DNA of 64,000 nucleotides from Bacteroidales bacterium (GTDB lineage: Bacteria > Bacteroidota > Bacteroidia > Bacteroidales > ML635J-15). The stretch lies in contig JBKGYK010000001.1 of the NCBI GenBank assembly GCA_046546095.1, positions 19,941 through 83,940 on the forward strand, given 5' to 3'. How positions within the stretch are numbered: the first letter of the stretch is position 1; each line of letters opens with the position of its first letter. Position numbers and translations under genes: made by a program. This document shows, one piece after another, positions 20,384 to 30,834 of this stretch. A model generated the notes under the pieces. It searched no databases. It was not told where the DNA came from and saw nothing but the letters and a program-made list of their open reading frames with translations.

Positions 20384-22834
20384 TTAGGAATCCATTCCCT
20401 GGCCGACTCTTCCGGTATTCCTGTCACCGTGGCGAAATCTGTATTTTATCGACAAACTGAAAACGGGCGTGTATCTTGTTGAATAAAGCACCTCACGGGT
20501 GGATTCCACACCGGCATAATTGTTATAATTTCCCTGTGGTGTAAGGTTTGTGAGCAGGTTCCTGGCTGACAGAGAAATCATGAGTTTCCGCTCGAAAAAA
20601 TGTTGTGAAAAGGAAGCCATAGCGCTGAAGGAAGGAAAATCGTAGCCGTCAAAACGGATGTCGCGGCTTTCATAATTCAGATACAGTTTTCCGGACGTAC
20701 TTTTGGCAATTTTCATACTGCCATTCAGTTTGGCAGAAAAGCCGTAATTTCGTTTGACAATTTCTTCAACAGGCACTCCCTGGGCTTCCAGGCTTTCTGA
20801 CAGGCTGGCTGCATCAATATAACTGTGGTAAATACTGGATGAAAAACTCAGGCTGTATTTTCCATTAAAAGACACATAAGCAGACAAATCCGCACCCAGT
20901 CTGGACTGAAATGCGATATTGTCCGGCATCCGGATACTTAGTATCTCATTTACCGGATAAGACATGTATGAAACTTCATTGTTGGTCTGGCTGTAAAACA
21001 ACTCAGCCGACATATTCCACAGGGCCTGGTTATAATTGTATCCCAGATAAACATTGTTGTAAGCAGAAGGTTCCAGATCGGGATTGCCGGTGCTCCAGGA
21101 GGTGGGGCTGCGTTTCACAACAAAATCACTGAGATATCCAGCCCAGGGTACACGCACGGAGCGGGAATAACTCAGCTTAATATCCTGCAGACTGTCAATC
21201 GCAAATTGAATTGTGGCAGATGGCAACAGGTTATAATATTGCTTTCGTACCCGGATGGTGGTATCCTCCAGGCTTTCCGTATAATGATCATAATTATGGT
21301 GGTATGCTTTATGTTCCTGCTCAAGGCCAGCATCCAGTTTCCACTTATTCAGTTTTGTCCCGAAACGGAAAGACAGGCTCTGATTCACTGTATATCCTTC
21401 CTGATTTTCATATTGAGATTTCACCGGTTCACCATCCATATAGTGTTTACTTTCATTGGAAAAAACCGGACTGTAACGGCCCCGGTATCTCATATTCCAT
21501 CGTGATTTTTCAGAAACAGGGTGATTATAATACATCCCTGTCATGAAACCGGCATCTTTATCTGTGCTTACAGTGCGGTAAGTACTGCTGTCATCTACTG
21601 GACTCCCTTCCAAAACCTGGTAATCGTAAGCGTTTTTGGATGCTGATTTACTGCGCAGGTCCGGCATGGAATAGTGCAGATAGGCAGTAAATTCCCGTAG
21701 CGTGGTGTCAAAACTGTGCCGCAGAAAAGCATAGGCATTGGTACTCAGCCGTTCATTATTGTTATTTGAAGTTTTCAGATAATGCTGATGAATGTTATCA
21801 TCAAGATACAAGAGATTTTCAGATTCTGACTCTGAGTCCCACGTATATCGATTCATCCCTGCAGCCATTAGCAACTTGGTTTTATCTGTAATTTCCCATT
21901 GTGTTCCAAAGGAATTATACATATACAGGTAGGCATTATGATTAAAAGTCTCAGATTCGGTATCATAAAGAACATCTCCTGCACGTCTCTCTCCCTCTGA
22001 TAAAGCTTCTTCCATGTTATTGTTTCCGTACAGCCAGAAATTATTAAAAATCAAAAAATCACCTTTTTTATAATTCAGGTTAATGTAACCGTTGGAGTAG
22101 CTGAGGTTTTCGAAATCCGGAGTGCCTGTTCTGCCGCTCAGCACACCACTGAAACCATCGGTTGTGGCCTGTTTTAGTTTGATGTTTATGATGCCGCCTT
22201 TACCATCTCCTCCGCTCCGCATGGATGCATCGATAAGCTCAATTTTCTCAACCTTATCAACCGGAATCATTGCTATATCCGGATAAACATATTCTGCAGG
22301 CATATCATCCACCAATATTTCAGGGGTGCTGCCTTTATACCGGATATTGTCTTCCTGATCTACTACAACTCCTGGCAGAGCGCGCAACAGATCATAAATA
22401 TCCCGGGATGCAGCTTTCTGTTCCTCATCTACACTGTAAACTTTCCGGTCGAATTTCTGCACAACCTTATTCTGTGCAGCAACATTCACTTCCGAAAGCA
22501 CCGTGGTATCCGGGCTCAGGTACAATTTTCCCATGTCCACTTTTCGCCCGCCAGACATGTCCACAGGCCAGCGCTTGTTCCGATATCCAAGGCTACTTGC
22601 CTCAAGGGTAAGTTCGCTCATTTTATCACAGGAAAGCGTAAACAGGCCATTTTCATCTGTCATGCTACCTGCCACAGCTGAATCCCGGGCATTGAGCAAA
22701 ACGATGTTTGAATACGGCAAAGCAGCTTTATTTTTGGCATCGTATAAACTTCCTGAAATTTTTATGGATTGTCCGGAAACAGGTAAAACCACAACAATAG
22801 CAAGACCAAGCAAAAAAGCAAAATTACGTACCAT
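20384..22834 (-). CDS. TonB-dependent-receptor-like outer-membrane beta-barrel protein with CarboxypepD_reg-like N-domain
   Basis: 816 aa with a signal peptide. N-terminus IKISGSLYDAKNKAALPYSNIVLL...GLFTL. Plug-like region, long beta-barrel, C-terminal ...SIKYRF. Confidence 0.8.
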   Translation of the reverse strand: MVRNFAFLLGLAIVVVLPVSGQSIKISGSLYDAKNKAALPYSNIVLLNARDSAVAGSMTDENGLFTLSCDKMSELTLEASSLGYRNKRWPVDMSGGRKVDMGKLYLSPDTTVLSEVNVAAQNKVVQKFDRKVYSVDEEQKAASRDIYDLLRALPGVVVDQEDNIRYKGSTPEILVDDMPAEYVYPDIAMIPVDKVEKIELIDASMRSGGDGKGGIINIKLKQATTDGFSGVLSGRTGTPDFENLSYSNGYINLNYKKGDFLIFNNFWLYGNNNMEEALSEGERRAGDVLYDTESETFNHNAYLYMYNSFGTQWEITDKTKLLMAAGMNRYTWDSESESENLLYLDDNIHQHYLKTSNNNNERLSTNAYAFLRHSFDTTLREFTAYLHYSMPDLRSKSASKNAYDYQVLEGSPVDDSSTYRTVSTDKDAGFMTGMYYNHPVSEKSRWNMRYRGRYSPVFSNESKHYMDGEPVKSQYENQEGYTVNQSLSFRFGTKLNKWKLDAGLEQEHKAYHHNYDHYTESLEDTTIRVRKQYYNLLPSATIQFAIDSLQDIKLSYSRSVRVPWAGYLSDFVVKRSPTSWSTGNPDLEPSAYNNVYLGYNYNQALWNMSAELFYSQTNNEVSYMSYPVNEILSIRMPDNIAFQSRLGADLSAYVSFNGKYSLSFSSSIYHSYIDAASLSESLEAQGVPVEEIVKRNYGFSAKLNGSMKIAKSTSGKLYLNYESRDIRFDGYDFPSFSAMASFSQHFFERKLMISLSARNLLTNLTPQGNYNNYAGVESTREVLYSTRYTPVFSLSIKYRFRHGDRNTGRVGQGMDS

Positions 22835-22921
22835 GATATTATACTTTGTTTATTATTTACAAACGTTCAATAAATGCAAACAAAATGCCTACTAAGTTAC
22901 ATGATTTAACTGATTCACAAA

Positions 22922-22929
22922 CAAACATA
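22922..22929 (-). promoter_or_regulatory. -7 box (TATGTTTG) for the outer-membrane receptor gene
   Basis: The reverse complement of CAAACATA matches the Bacteroidota TAnnTTTG consensus, about 88 nt upstream of the start at 22834. Confidence 0.4.
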
Positions 22930-22961
22930 TTGTATAAATTGTAAAAAACCTTCATTTTTTG

Positions 22962-22969
22962 TAATTTTG
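22962..22969 (+). promoter_or_regulatory. -7 box (TAATTTTG) for the HExxH gene; implies a near-leaderless mRNA
   Basis: TAATTTTG ends 4 nt before the ATG at 22974. Confidence 0.4.
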
Positions 22970-22973
22970 CTAT

Positions 22974-23663
22974 ATGCGTGATGTTTTGTTTTTATGTATA
23001 ATAATTTTTAATGGCACATTGCTTTTTTCCCGGGAGTTACCGGATTCATGCCTGTACGAAAAGGATAATTGGCCTGAGGTTGCTGACAGCCTGAGCGACA
23101 GCATCACCCGAGACGTAAGCATTGACACCAGCTACTCTCCGGCATTCTACACAGCTTTAGCCCATTATCCGGATCTGTATGATACGGAAATACATTTTAA
23201 AGAAAAAGCCATCAAAACAACTGCAGCCACGCGGCCAAAATTCTTTTCTGTATTTAAAAAGCCGGAAAACCGGTCATATCAAATATTTGTTAATGACAAA
23301 AACAAACCGGAAAAGTCCGTTTATTACAAGGACTTACCATACAATGCACGCATAGGACTGCTTGGCCATGAATTATCTCATATTCTGGATTTCAGCAAGA
23401 TGAGTTCTATGGAGATTTTCGGGATGGGGATAAAATATGTTTTCAGTCCAAAATACAGAAAAGAGCTGGAATACCAGGTTGACCAACAGGCCATTGAACA
23501 CGGACTGGGTTGGCAGGTGTACACATTCACCGACTATATTAACAACAAAAGTCAGGCCTGTCCTGAGTACATCAGTTATAAAAGGAAATATTACATGTTA
23601 CCTGAAGAAATTATCGAATATATCAATCTTACTGACAGCATCAGCGAGGTGGCTGATTATTGA
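22974..23663 (+). CDS. Hypothetical secreted protein with HExxH zinc-metallopeptidase-like motif
   Basis: 229 aa with a hydrophobic N-terminus and LLGHELSHILDF (HExxH). No family recognised. Confidence 0.5.
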   Translation: MRDVLFLCIIIFNGTLLFSRELPDSCLYEKDNWPEVADSLSDSITRDVSIDTSYSPAFYTALAHYPDLYDTEIHFKEKAIKTTAATRPKFFSVFKKPENRSYQIFVNDKNKPEKSVYYKDLPYNARIGLLGHELSHILDFSKMSSMEIFGMGIKYVFSPKYRKELEYQVDQQAIEHGLGWQVYTFTDYINNKSQACPEYISYKRKYYMLPEEIIEYINLTDSISEVADY

Positions 23664-25398
23664 GTTCATGAATTTGCTGCTTTCCTTTCCGGCGATGCAT
23701 TTTTTTTATGTTTTTTTCATCGTCACGGGATGTTTCAATAAAAGGAGCGTGGATATAAAACATAGTGTTCATTTGTTTCCTTTCAGAATCTTTCACATCA
23801 GAAACTGCTGCTTTTTTCCGCACAGGCGGATAATAAAGGAAATAATTTTCATCGTAAAACACCAGACGATAGAGGTTATGCAGCATCAGATAATCCATAC
23901 CGGCAAAATCATAATCGGCTTTGGCCTTGCGTGTAGGTTCTGTGGTGGGCCAGACAATACGTGAAGATGTACACCAATGCACTGAGTATCCTTTTTTGGT
24001 GGTATCGGAAAAAGGACCGTTTTCAGGAGCTTCAAGCAACAAATCGGCAAACCAGGTAGAATCTGCAACCCATGCCTCACTCCCTTTGTAGTAATCCTTG
24101 AGCCCCTCTTTGTTGAGCAGGTAATTGGTCAGTACATAGTAGCGGTATTCTTCAGGATTTCCAAGATTGCGCAGGGCTTCAATCACAGGCTCGCGCTGCC
24201 CGTGGACATTGCCAAAAGCTGCCAGTGAACGGGTTTTATTGTCATCCCAGTTGCGCGGTAATGCAATGGCTGCTCCGAAAGGCAATTTCAACTCTTTATA
24301 AAACACCGTCTCAAAAAGCCATTTTGTAAATCCCCGTCCGGAACCTTCAAAATGCAAATCATTTCTGCCGGTAATTTCCTGCACAGTTTCAGCAAATCCG
24401 TATGCATTCACCAGAATCCCAAAATCTTCGCCAGAGCCTTCCCGCACGGGATGCTCCGTTACGGGATTCATAATATACCAGCGGGTAGCCATCAGTTTTA
24501 AAAACTCTACTGGCCGGATTTTGCCCATGCCATACCAGGGTTTAAAAACCATGGATGCCTGTTTTTTATCCTGATGCAGATTGCTGTACAAGCGAAGGCT
24601 CATGTCTTTTGCCCAGCTCCTGAAATCAATTGTATCCCCTGTCATAATGCCTTTCGACCTCAGGTAATCCGGTATCATATCATTCACAAACCGCACCGGG
24701 ATATCCTTAACGGACTCTCTGGACAGAAAGTGCTCCATGATAGCCATGGCCTCCAGGTGATGTACTATCACATCCTGACTCAAACCCTGCATTGGAATGG
24801 TTCCTTTCTGAAAAATGGATTTATAACGGTTGGTTCCGGTATATTGCTCATCCGCTTTACCCAATTCAAATCCGAAATGTTTATGATTAGCCTGCCAAAA
24901 TCCAAAACTCACATCATCACGAATCATAAAACCATTGATATCTGCGGGATAACGGATATAGTTACTGATAGAGTCACCTTCATGCAGAATTTTTTTGTTG
25001 TGATAAGTGCGCAAATTATATTCCGAATACAAATCCAGCCGTTCCAGCGCCAGCATGGCATAATACAATTGGGCGAGGCTGTGCTCATAATCTTCTTTGT
25101 TTCGTTTTAACAATTCGATTTCTGTCACAAGGAAAGAGATGTAATTATTAACGTTACTGTTCCCATCACTCCAGCCCAGGATATCGCGGCCCCATTTGTT
25201 GGTACGCCTGTCTACGGCAGGAATATTTACGCCATAATATTCAACGTCTTCACTGACAATCAAAAACTCATTTTCCAGCCTTTCCCTGTAATCGTTGTAT
25301 TTTGCCATCATCCCGATATGGGGATAATCCTGAGCATGAGTAAGCAAAGGCCAGGCCGTTACCAAAAAAACCAGTATGAGCCTGCAATTATTTTGCAT
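23641..25398 (-). CDS. Hypothetical secreted protein (about 585 aa), no recognisable family
   Basis: Long uninterrupted ORF. The signal peptide MQNNCRLILVFLVTAWPLLTHAQ starts at ATG 25398, which overlaps the CDF stop by 11 nt. The 3' end overlaps the convergent HExxH gene by 23 nt. Confidence 0.6.
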   Translation of the reverse strand: MQNNCRLILVFLVTAWPLLTHAQDYPHIGMMAKYNDYRERLENEFLIVSEDVEYYGVNIPAVDRRTNKWGRDILGWSDGNSNVNNYISFLVTEIELLKRNKEDYEHSLAQLYYAMLALERLDLYSEYNLRTYHNKKILHEGDSISNYIRYPADINGFMIRDDVSFGFWQANHKHFGFELGKADEQYTGTNRYKSIFQKGTIPMQGLSQDVIVHHLEAMAIMEHFLSRESVKDIPVRFVNDMIPDYLRSKGIMTGDTIDFRSWAKDMSLRLYSNLHQDKKQASMVFKPWYGMGKIRPVEFLKLMATRWYIMNPVTEHPVREGSGEDFGILVNAYGFAETVQEITGRNDLHFEGSGRGFTKWLFETVFYKELKLPFGAAIALPRNWDDNKTRSLAAFGNVHGQREPVIEALRNLGNPEEYRYYVLTNYLLNKEGLKDYYKGSEAWVADSTWFADLLLEAPENGPFSDTTKKGYSVHWCTSSRIVWPTTEPTRKAKADYDFAGMDYLMLHNLYRLVFYDENYFLYYPPVRKKAAVSDVKDSERKQMNTMFYIHAPFIETSRDDEKNIKKMHRRKGKQQIHELNNQPPR

Positions 25399-26251
25399 CC
25401 ACCTGAATGGTTGGTTCAACATCAAGTTTTTCTCTGATAGCCACACGTACTTTTTGTTGAATTTCATTTACCTGATACAGGGACATATCACCAGGCAATG
25501 AGATATGAAAAGTCAGTTCATCGTGGTCGCCGTATGAATGCACATGGAAATGGTGAGAAAGAACATCAAAGCCGGCGACATTGTTGGCAATTTCCCTTAC
25601 CTGTTTTACAAGATTTCCATCGGGTTTTCTTCCCAAAATCACATCAATTGCTTTGACGATGATGCGCCAGGCTGTGTAAAATATTATCAGGGCAACAAGA
25701 ATCCCAAGCACACCATCAATCCACCAGGCATACTTTTGAAACATGATTCCAATCAAAATCACCACTGAAGATATGGCGTCACTTCGATGATGCCATGCAT
25801 CAGCTTTCAGTGTCAAAGAATTGAGTTTTTTGCCCACGTACAGTGAATACTGTGCCATGCCTTCTTTCACCAGCAGGGAAATGATGGTAACGACAATGGC
25901 CAGAGTTCCGAAATATGTGGATTCTTTTGAAATCAGTTTCTTGATGGCCTCAATACCAAAATTTGCACCTATTCCGATGAGAATCACACCGATAATAATT
26001 GAAGCTACCAGTCTAAAACGGCCATGTCCGTATGGATGCATCATATCGGGAGGCTTATTGGCTGCTTTGTAAAACACGAGCAGAACAATGGACGAAGCAG
26101 AATCGCTAAGTGTGTGCCAGGCATCTGCCATGAGTGCAACACTACCACTGACAACACCAGCCCAAAGCTTTAGGACAAAAAGCAAGACATTGCCTGCAAC
26201 AGCAATCCATCCGGCCAACATAGCCTTTCCATATGATACCTTGCTGGACAT
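25388..26251 (-). CDS. Cation diffusion facilitator (CDF) family metal efflux transporter
   Basis: 287 aa with 6 TM helices. ADAWHTLSDS and ADAWHHRSDA metal-site motifs, and a C-terminal cytoplasmic domain. Confidence 0.9.
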   Translation of the reverse strand: MSSKVSYGKAMLAGWIAVAGNVLLFVLKLWAGVVSGSVALMADAWHTLSDSASSIVLLVFYKAANKPPDMMHPYGHGRFRLVASIIIGVILIGIGANFGIEAIKKLISKESTYFGTLAIVVTIISLLVKEGMAQYSLYVGKKLNSLTLKADAWHHRSDAISSVVILIGIMFQKYAWWIDGVLGILVALIIFYTAWRIIVKAIDVILGRKPDGNLVKQVREIANNVAGFDVLSHHFHVHSYGDHDELTFHISLPGDMSLYQVNEIQQKVRVAIREKLDVEPTIQVDAK

Positions 26252-26298
26252 TCTTTGCTAAATTAGCACAAAAACATCAAAGTCAAAAACAACAGATA

Positions 26299-26727
26299 CT
26301 ATTCTTTTTTCGAGAGTTGTTTACTGACAGCCGCCTGAAGTGTTTCTTTTTGCTGCAGTCCGATTTCTTTCCATATTTCTTGTCCGTTCTGAAAGATAAT
26401 GATGGTGGGAATGCTTCTTACCTGATATTTGGCAGCGATTCTGGGAAAGGCATCTACATCCAGTTTCAGGACACGAATCTCATCTTTCATTTCTGTACTT
26501 AGCTCGCTCACAATGGGTCCCTGAATTTTACAAGGACGGCACCAGTCTGCATAAAAATCCACCACAACCGGTTTGTCAGCCTTTATGTGTTCATAGAATT
26601 CTTCAGCATTCTCAACAACAATCACATCTCCGTCAGGTTCACCTGCACCACATGACATTACAGATGCAAACAATAAGGCCACAAACAAAACTGTCAACGA
26701 TAATTTACCCGGATTTTTCATTTTCAT
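26299..26727 (-). CDS. Exported (lipoprotein-type) thioredoxin
   Basis: 142 aa. Lipobox-like SVMSC, active site WCRPCK, and a thioredoxin fold pattern. Confidence 0.85.
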   Translation of the reverse strand: MKMKNPGKLSLTVLFVALLFASVMSCGAGEPDGDVIVVENAEEFYEHIKADKPVVVDFYADWCRPCKIQGPIVSELSTEMKDEIRVLKLDVDAFPRIAAKYQVRSIPTIIIFQNGQEIWKEIGLQQKETLQAAVSKQLSKKE

Positions 26728-26941
26728 TTCTCTTTTTAGTTATCCATGTATCAATACTGTCTCCAATAACCCAACCCAGCAAGCCGCCAAGCGCCATATC
26801 GTAATACCACAATTTTTTTAGCGGACAGGCTCCACTGGCACAGCCCACGTAGTAGTAATACAAAAAACCTGCCAATAAGCCGACCATGGTCAACCAAAAG
26901 GCAATGGGATGCTTTTTGTAAAAATATTTTATTTTATTCAT
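26705..26941 (-). CDS. Small two-helix membrane protein with GCASGACP motif (DUF6132-like)
   Basis: 78 aa with two hydrophobic helices separated by VGCASGACPLKK. Overlaps the thioredoxin gene by 23 nt. Confidence 0.55.
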   Translation of the reverse strand: MNKIKYFYKKHPIAFWLTMVGLLAGFLYYYYVGCASGACPLKKLWYYDMALGGLLGWVIGDSIDTWITKKRNENEKSG

Positions 26942-27038
26942 AAATTTCTAAAAGTGCTAAACAGGCAGGCTGCTTTTTTGTTCATAAAATAAAGACAAAG
27001 ATTTCAGATTAAAACATTATCTTTAAAAAAATCATCAT

Positions 27039-27566
27039 ATGGCACTTATAAAAAAAGTACGCAACATCAGTCCGCAAATTGGCAGAGACTGTTTTCTGGC
27101 AGAAACAGCGGTTATAATCGGAGACGTTAAGATTGGCAACAACTGCAGCATTTGGTACAACACTGTGCTTCGGGGTGATGTGAATTCCATAAATATCGGA
27201 AACAATGTAAACATTCAGGATGGTGCTGTGCTTCATACTTTATTCAAAAAATCAACCATACAGATTGGAAATAAAGTAAGTATCGCTCACAACGTCACTC
27301 TACACGGTGCTGAAATTCATGATTTTGCACTCATAGGCATAGGTGCCATCATTCTGGATCATGCTGTAATCGGGAAACATGCCATCATCGCGGCCAACTC
27401 CCTTGTAAAAGCCGGCACTGAAGTAGAGCCCTACTCTGTTTATGCAGGCATTCCGGCAAAAAAAATCAAAGATGTTGATCCGGAACAGACGCATGAGATG
27501 AATGAAAGAATCGCAAATAATTATGTAAAATACGCTGGGTGGTACAAAGAAGCTGATAGTTGGTAA
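27039..27566 (+). CDS. Gamma-carbonic-anhydrase-like hexapeptide-repeat protein (YrdA/PaaY family)
   Basis: 175 aa with a left-handed beta-helix hexapeptide periodicity and IWYNTVLRGDVNSINIG...VLH. Confidence 0.85.
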   Translation: MALIKKVRNISPQIGRDCFLAETAVIIGDVKIGNNCSIWYNTVLRGDVNSINIGNNVNIQDGAVLHTLFKKSTIQIGNKVSIAHNVTLHGAEIHDFALIGIGAIILDHAVIGKHAIIAANSLVKAGTEVEPYSVYAGIPAKKIKDVDPEQTHEMNERIANNYVKYAGWYKEADSW

Positions 27567-27703
27567 ATAGCACATCTGACAAAATTTGGTTTGTAGGGCA
27601 TATGAAAGTCAGGGAATCAAAAAAAGAACATCAGTTAGCGTATTTTTTCTTATTTTAGCAAGGTAGATACAGTGGTATCTATCCAGATAAACAATAACTA
27701 ATT

Positions 27704-29596
27704 ATGTGTGGAATAACAGGTGTATTTTCGTTCAACCGGGCAGGTACAGATTTTGACAGGTACACGCAAAAAGCAGTGGAAACGCTAAAGATGCGTGGTC
27801 CGGACATTCAAATAACCCACAGTGACGGTCCGGTAAGCATTGGCCATTCCAGGCTGTCAATCATTGACCCGGGAGAACAAAGCAATCAACCTTTCCTGAG
27901 CAGGGACGGCAGAATAGCCGTTGCTTTCAACGGGGAGTTTTACAATCACAAATCATTCAGAAAAGAGCTCCGGCACGAGGGCTATGAATTCACCACCGAA
28001 TCCGATGCAGAAGTGGTACTTCAATTGTACCGGAAGTGCGGCTCTGACTTTGTCAGATATATCAATGGTTGCTTTGCTCTGGCCATATGGGACAGTAACA
28101 AATCGCAGCTTTTCATTGCCCGTGACAGAATGGGTATAAAGCCTCTCTACTATTACCATGGAGATGATTTTTTGGCCTTTGGCTCTGAAATGAAGGCACT
28201 TTTGTCCTATCCTGTACCCAGAAACCTTGATACTGCCAGCCTGTATGCATATTTCCAGCTCAATTACATTCCGGACAACCGGAGTATGTTACAGGATGTT
28301 TACATGCTCAGACCTGGCAGCAGTATGATTATTACACGTGAAGGCATTACAGAAAACACATGGTACCGTCTCCCCCGGAAGGAGATTGGTCAAACGCCGG
28401 AGTTTTCCTACGAAGAAGCCATCACTGAACTCAGAAAGCAGCTTGACAATTCTGTCAGCCGCAGGCTGATGTCGGATGTTCCTCTGGGTACTTTTCTCAG
28501 TGGCGGCATAGACTCTTCCGTAGTGACTGCCCTGGCAACACAGCACAGCAAGAACCTTCATACCTACTCTCTGGGGTTCAAAGATGAAGCCTGGTTTGAT
28601 GAAACTGAAAAGGCAGAAATGCTGGCAAAAAAGTTCAACACAAATCACCACAGTTTCAAAATCAGCAATCAGGATATGCTGAATGACCTTCCTGAGGTAC
28701 TGAATTATCTCGATGAACCATTTGCAGATTCTTCAGCACTCGCAGTATACAGTTTGAGCAAACTTACAGCCAAAGATGTCAGGGTTGCCCTCAGTGGTGA
28801 TGGTGCTGATGAGCTCTTTGCCGGATACAACAAGCATCTGGCTCACAAAAGAGCCGCCGGCAAAAGTCCCGGCAACCGCATGCTTAAAGCCGGCGGTTTT
28901 CTTTGGAAATCACTCCCGCAATCAAGGCAGGGAAAGATCAGCAATCGATTCAGGCAAATGAACCGATATTCTGCCGGACTACAGCTCGAGGCCGAAGAAA
29001 GGTACTGGCTGTGGTCTAGCCTCAGCAATGAAAAAAACGTATCCGCACTGCTCAGGCTGCAGCCTGACATGGAAAGCTATCATGCCAGAAAAAACAGCCT
29101 GCTGAGCAACATCAAAGCCCGTCCGGATGATTTGCAGGAGATTTTGCATACGGATATGCGAATGGTATTGCCATACGACATGCTTTACAAGGTGGATATG
29201 ATGTCAATGGCAAACAGCCTGGAGGTCAGAACCCCTTTCCTTGACCATCACGTGGTGGACTTTGCATTCAGCTTGCCATTTGAGTATAAGCTGTATCAAT
29301 CCAGCAAAAAACGCATATTAAAGGACAGTTTTGCCGGAGAGATTCCTGCAGAACTGCTTAAAAAACCAAAACAGGGTTTTGAAGTACCCTTGCTGAAATG
29401 GTTCCGCAATGACCTGGCAGGCAAGCTTGAAAAAGAAGTATTTAACCGGGAATTTCTGGAAGAACAGGGGATTTTCCAGCCTGAAGCTGTCATGCAGATG
29501 AAAAGACAACTGCACAGCAAAAATCCCGGAGACATACATGCCCGCATTTGGGCATTGCTGGTATTTCAAAACTGGTACAGAAAAACCATTATCTAA
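27704..29596 (+). CDS. asnB: Asparagine synthase (glutamine-hydrolysing) family amidotransferase
   Basis: 630 aa. N-terminal MCGI (Cys2 nucleophile) and PP-loop SGGIDSS. Confidence 0.9.
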   Translation: MCGITGVFSFNRAGTDFDRYTQKAVETLKMRGPDIQITHSDGPVSIGHSRLSIIDPGEQSNQPFLSRDGRIAVAFNGEFYNHKSFRKELRHEGYEFTTESDAEVVLQLYRKCGSDFVRYINGCFALAIWDSNKSQLFIARDRMGIKPLYYYHGDDFLAFGSEMKALLSYPVPRNLDTASLYAYFQLNYIPDNRSMLQDVYMLRPGSSMIITREGITENTWYRLPRKEIGQTPEFSYEEAITELRKQLDNSVSRRLMSDVPLGTFLSGGIDSSVVTALATQHSKNLHTYSLGFKDEAWFDETEKAEMLAKKFNTNHHSFKISNQDMLNDLPEVLNYLDEPFADSSALAVYSLSKLTAKDVRVALSGDGADELFAGYNKHLAHKRAAGKSPGNRMLKAGGFLWKSLPQSRQGKISNRFRQMNRYSAGLQLEAEERYWLWSSLSNEKNVSALLRLQPDMESYHARKNSLLSNIKARPDDLQEILHTDMRMVLPYDMLYKVDMMSMANSLEVRTPFLDHHVVDFAFSLPFEYKLYQSSKKRILKDSFAGEIPAELLKKPKQGFEVPLLKWFRNDLAGKLEKEVFNREFLEEQGIFQPEAVMQMKRQLHSKNPGDIHARIWALLVFQNWYRKTII

Positions 29597-30780
29597 TGCC
29601 AAAAATACTAAGAATAATCAACCGGTTTAACCTCGGCGGCCCTACCTATAATGTGGCCTACCTGAGCAAATATATGGCACCGGAATTTGAGACCCTGCTG
29701 ATCGGAGGTAAGAACGGCAAGACAGAGGGCTCTTCAAATTACATTGTACAAAACCTTGGTCTGCATCCCATCATCATTCCTGAAATGCAAAGAGAAATCA
29801 GCTACCGCAATGACTATCTTGCTTATCAGAAAATCAAAAACATCATTAAAAGGTATCAGCCTGATATTGTACATACCCACGCTTCAAAAGCCGGTGTACT
29901 TGGCCGCTTGGCTGCCAGCCGGCAAAATGTTCCTGTCATTGTACATACCTTTCATGGTCACGTTTTTCATTCCTATTTCAGCAAATCAAAATCAAGATTT
30001 TACAAGGGTATAGAGCGAAATCTGGCAAAAAAAACAAGCAAAATCATTGCCATCAGCGACATTCAAAAACAAGAGCTTTCCATTGACCATGGTATAGCCG
30101 CAGAGAAAAATATCAGTGTGATTCCCCTGGGTTTTGATCTGGAAAGATTTCAAACAGATTATTGTTCAAAACGACACAGTTTCAGGGAGCATTACGGCAT
30201 TGCTGATGATGTTGTTTCCATTGGCATTGTTGGACGCCTTGTTAGCGTAAAAAATCACGAGCTTTTCATCAATGCTCTGGCCAGGGTTAGGCAAGTTACC
30301 AATAAAAAATTTGAAGCCTATATCATAGGTGATGGGGAGCTTAAAGAAAAACTGATTGCTCAGGCAAGAAACAGCGGTTTGACTGTCAGTGAAAATCCTG
30401 CCAAAGGCTTAACCGCTGAGATCAACTTCACTTCATGGATAAAAAATATCGACTGGGCGTTTGCGGGGCTGGATATTGCCTGTCTCACTTCACATAATGA
30501 AGGAACACCGGTAAGCCTGATTGAAGCCCAGGCAGCCAACACACCGATTGTATCCACCAATGTAGGAGGAATTGAGAACGCAGTAATACCTGGCAGAACG
30601 GCTTTACTTTCTGAAACCAACCAATTGGAAGGCTTTTTCAAAAATCTTGTTGAAATGATTAACAATGAAACACTCAGAAAACATATGGCAACACAGGGGT
30701 GGCCTTTTGTGAAAGACAAATTTCACTATACAAGGCTTGTAGGTGATATGACAAAGCTTTACAATCAATTAATGCCTTAG
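29596..30780 (+). CDS. Glycosyltransferase family 4 (GT-B, GT1/RfaB-like)
   Basis: ATG 29596 overlaps the asnB stop (TAATG). The N-terminus is ILRIINRFNLGGP and the E-x7-E region is EGTPVSLIEAQAANTPIVSTNVGG. Confidence 0.85.
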   Translation: MPKILRIINRFNLGGPTYNVAYLSKYMAPEFETLLIGGKNGKTEGSSNYIVQNLGLHPIIIPEMQREISYRNDYLAYQKIKNIIKRYQPDIVHTHASKAGVLGRLAASRQNVPVIVHTFHGHVFHSYFSKSKSRFYKGIERNLAKKTSKIIAISDIQKQELSIDHGIAAEKNISVIPLGFDLERFQTDYCSKRHSFREHYGIADDVVSIGIVGRLVSVKNHELFINALARVRQVTNKKFEAYIIGDGELKEKLIAQARNSGLTVSENPAKGLTAEINFTSWIKNIDWAFAGLDIACLTSHNEGTPVSLIEAQAANTPIVSTNVGGIENAVIPGRTALLSETNQLEGFFKNLVEMINNETLRKHMATQGWPFVKDKFHYTRLVGDMTKLYNQLMP

Positions 30781-30805
30781 CTGGCTTTTGTTTCATCATT
30801 TTTAT

Positions 30806-30813
30806 TACTTTTG
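30806..30813 (+). promoter_or_regulatory. Possible -7 box (TACTTTTG) upstream of the polysaccharide export genes
   Basis: Matches TAnnTTTG, 21 nt before the ATG at 30835. The upstream TTTG at 30787 is only 15 nt away, which is a suboptimal spacing. Confidence 0.3.
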
Positions 30814-30834
30814 AAAAGATAAAATAACCGGCAT

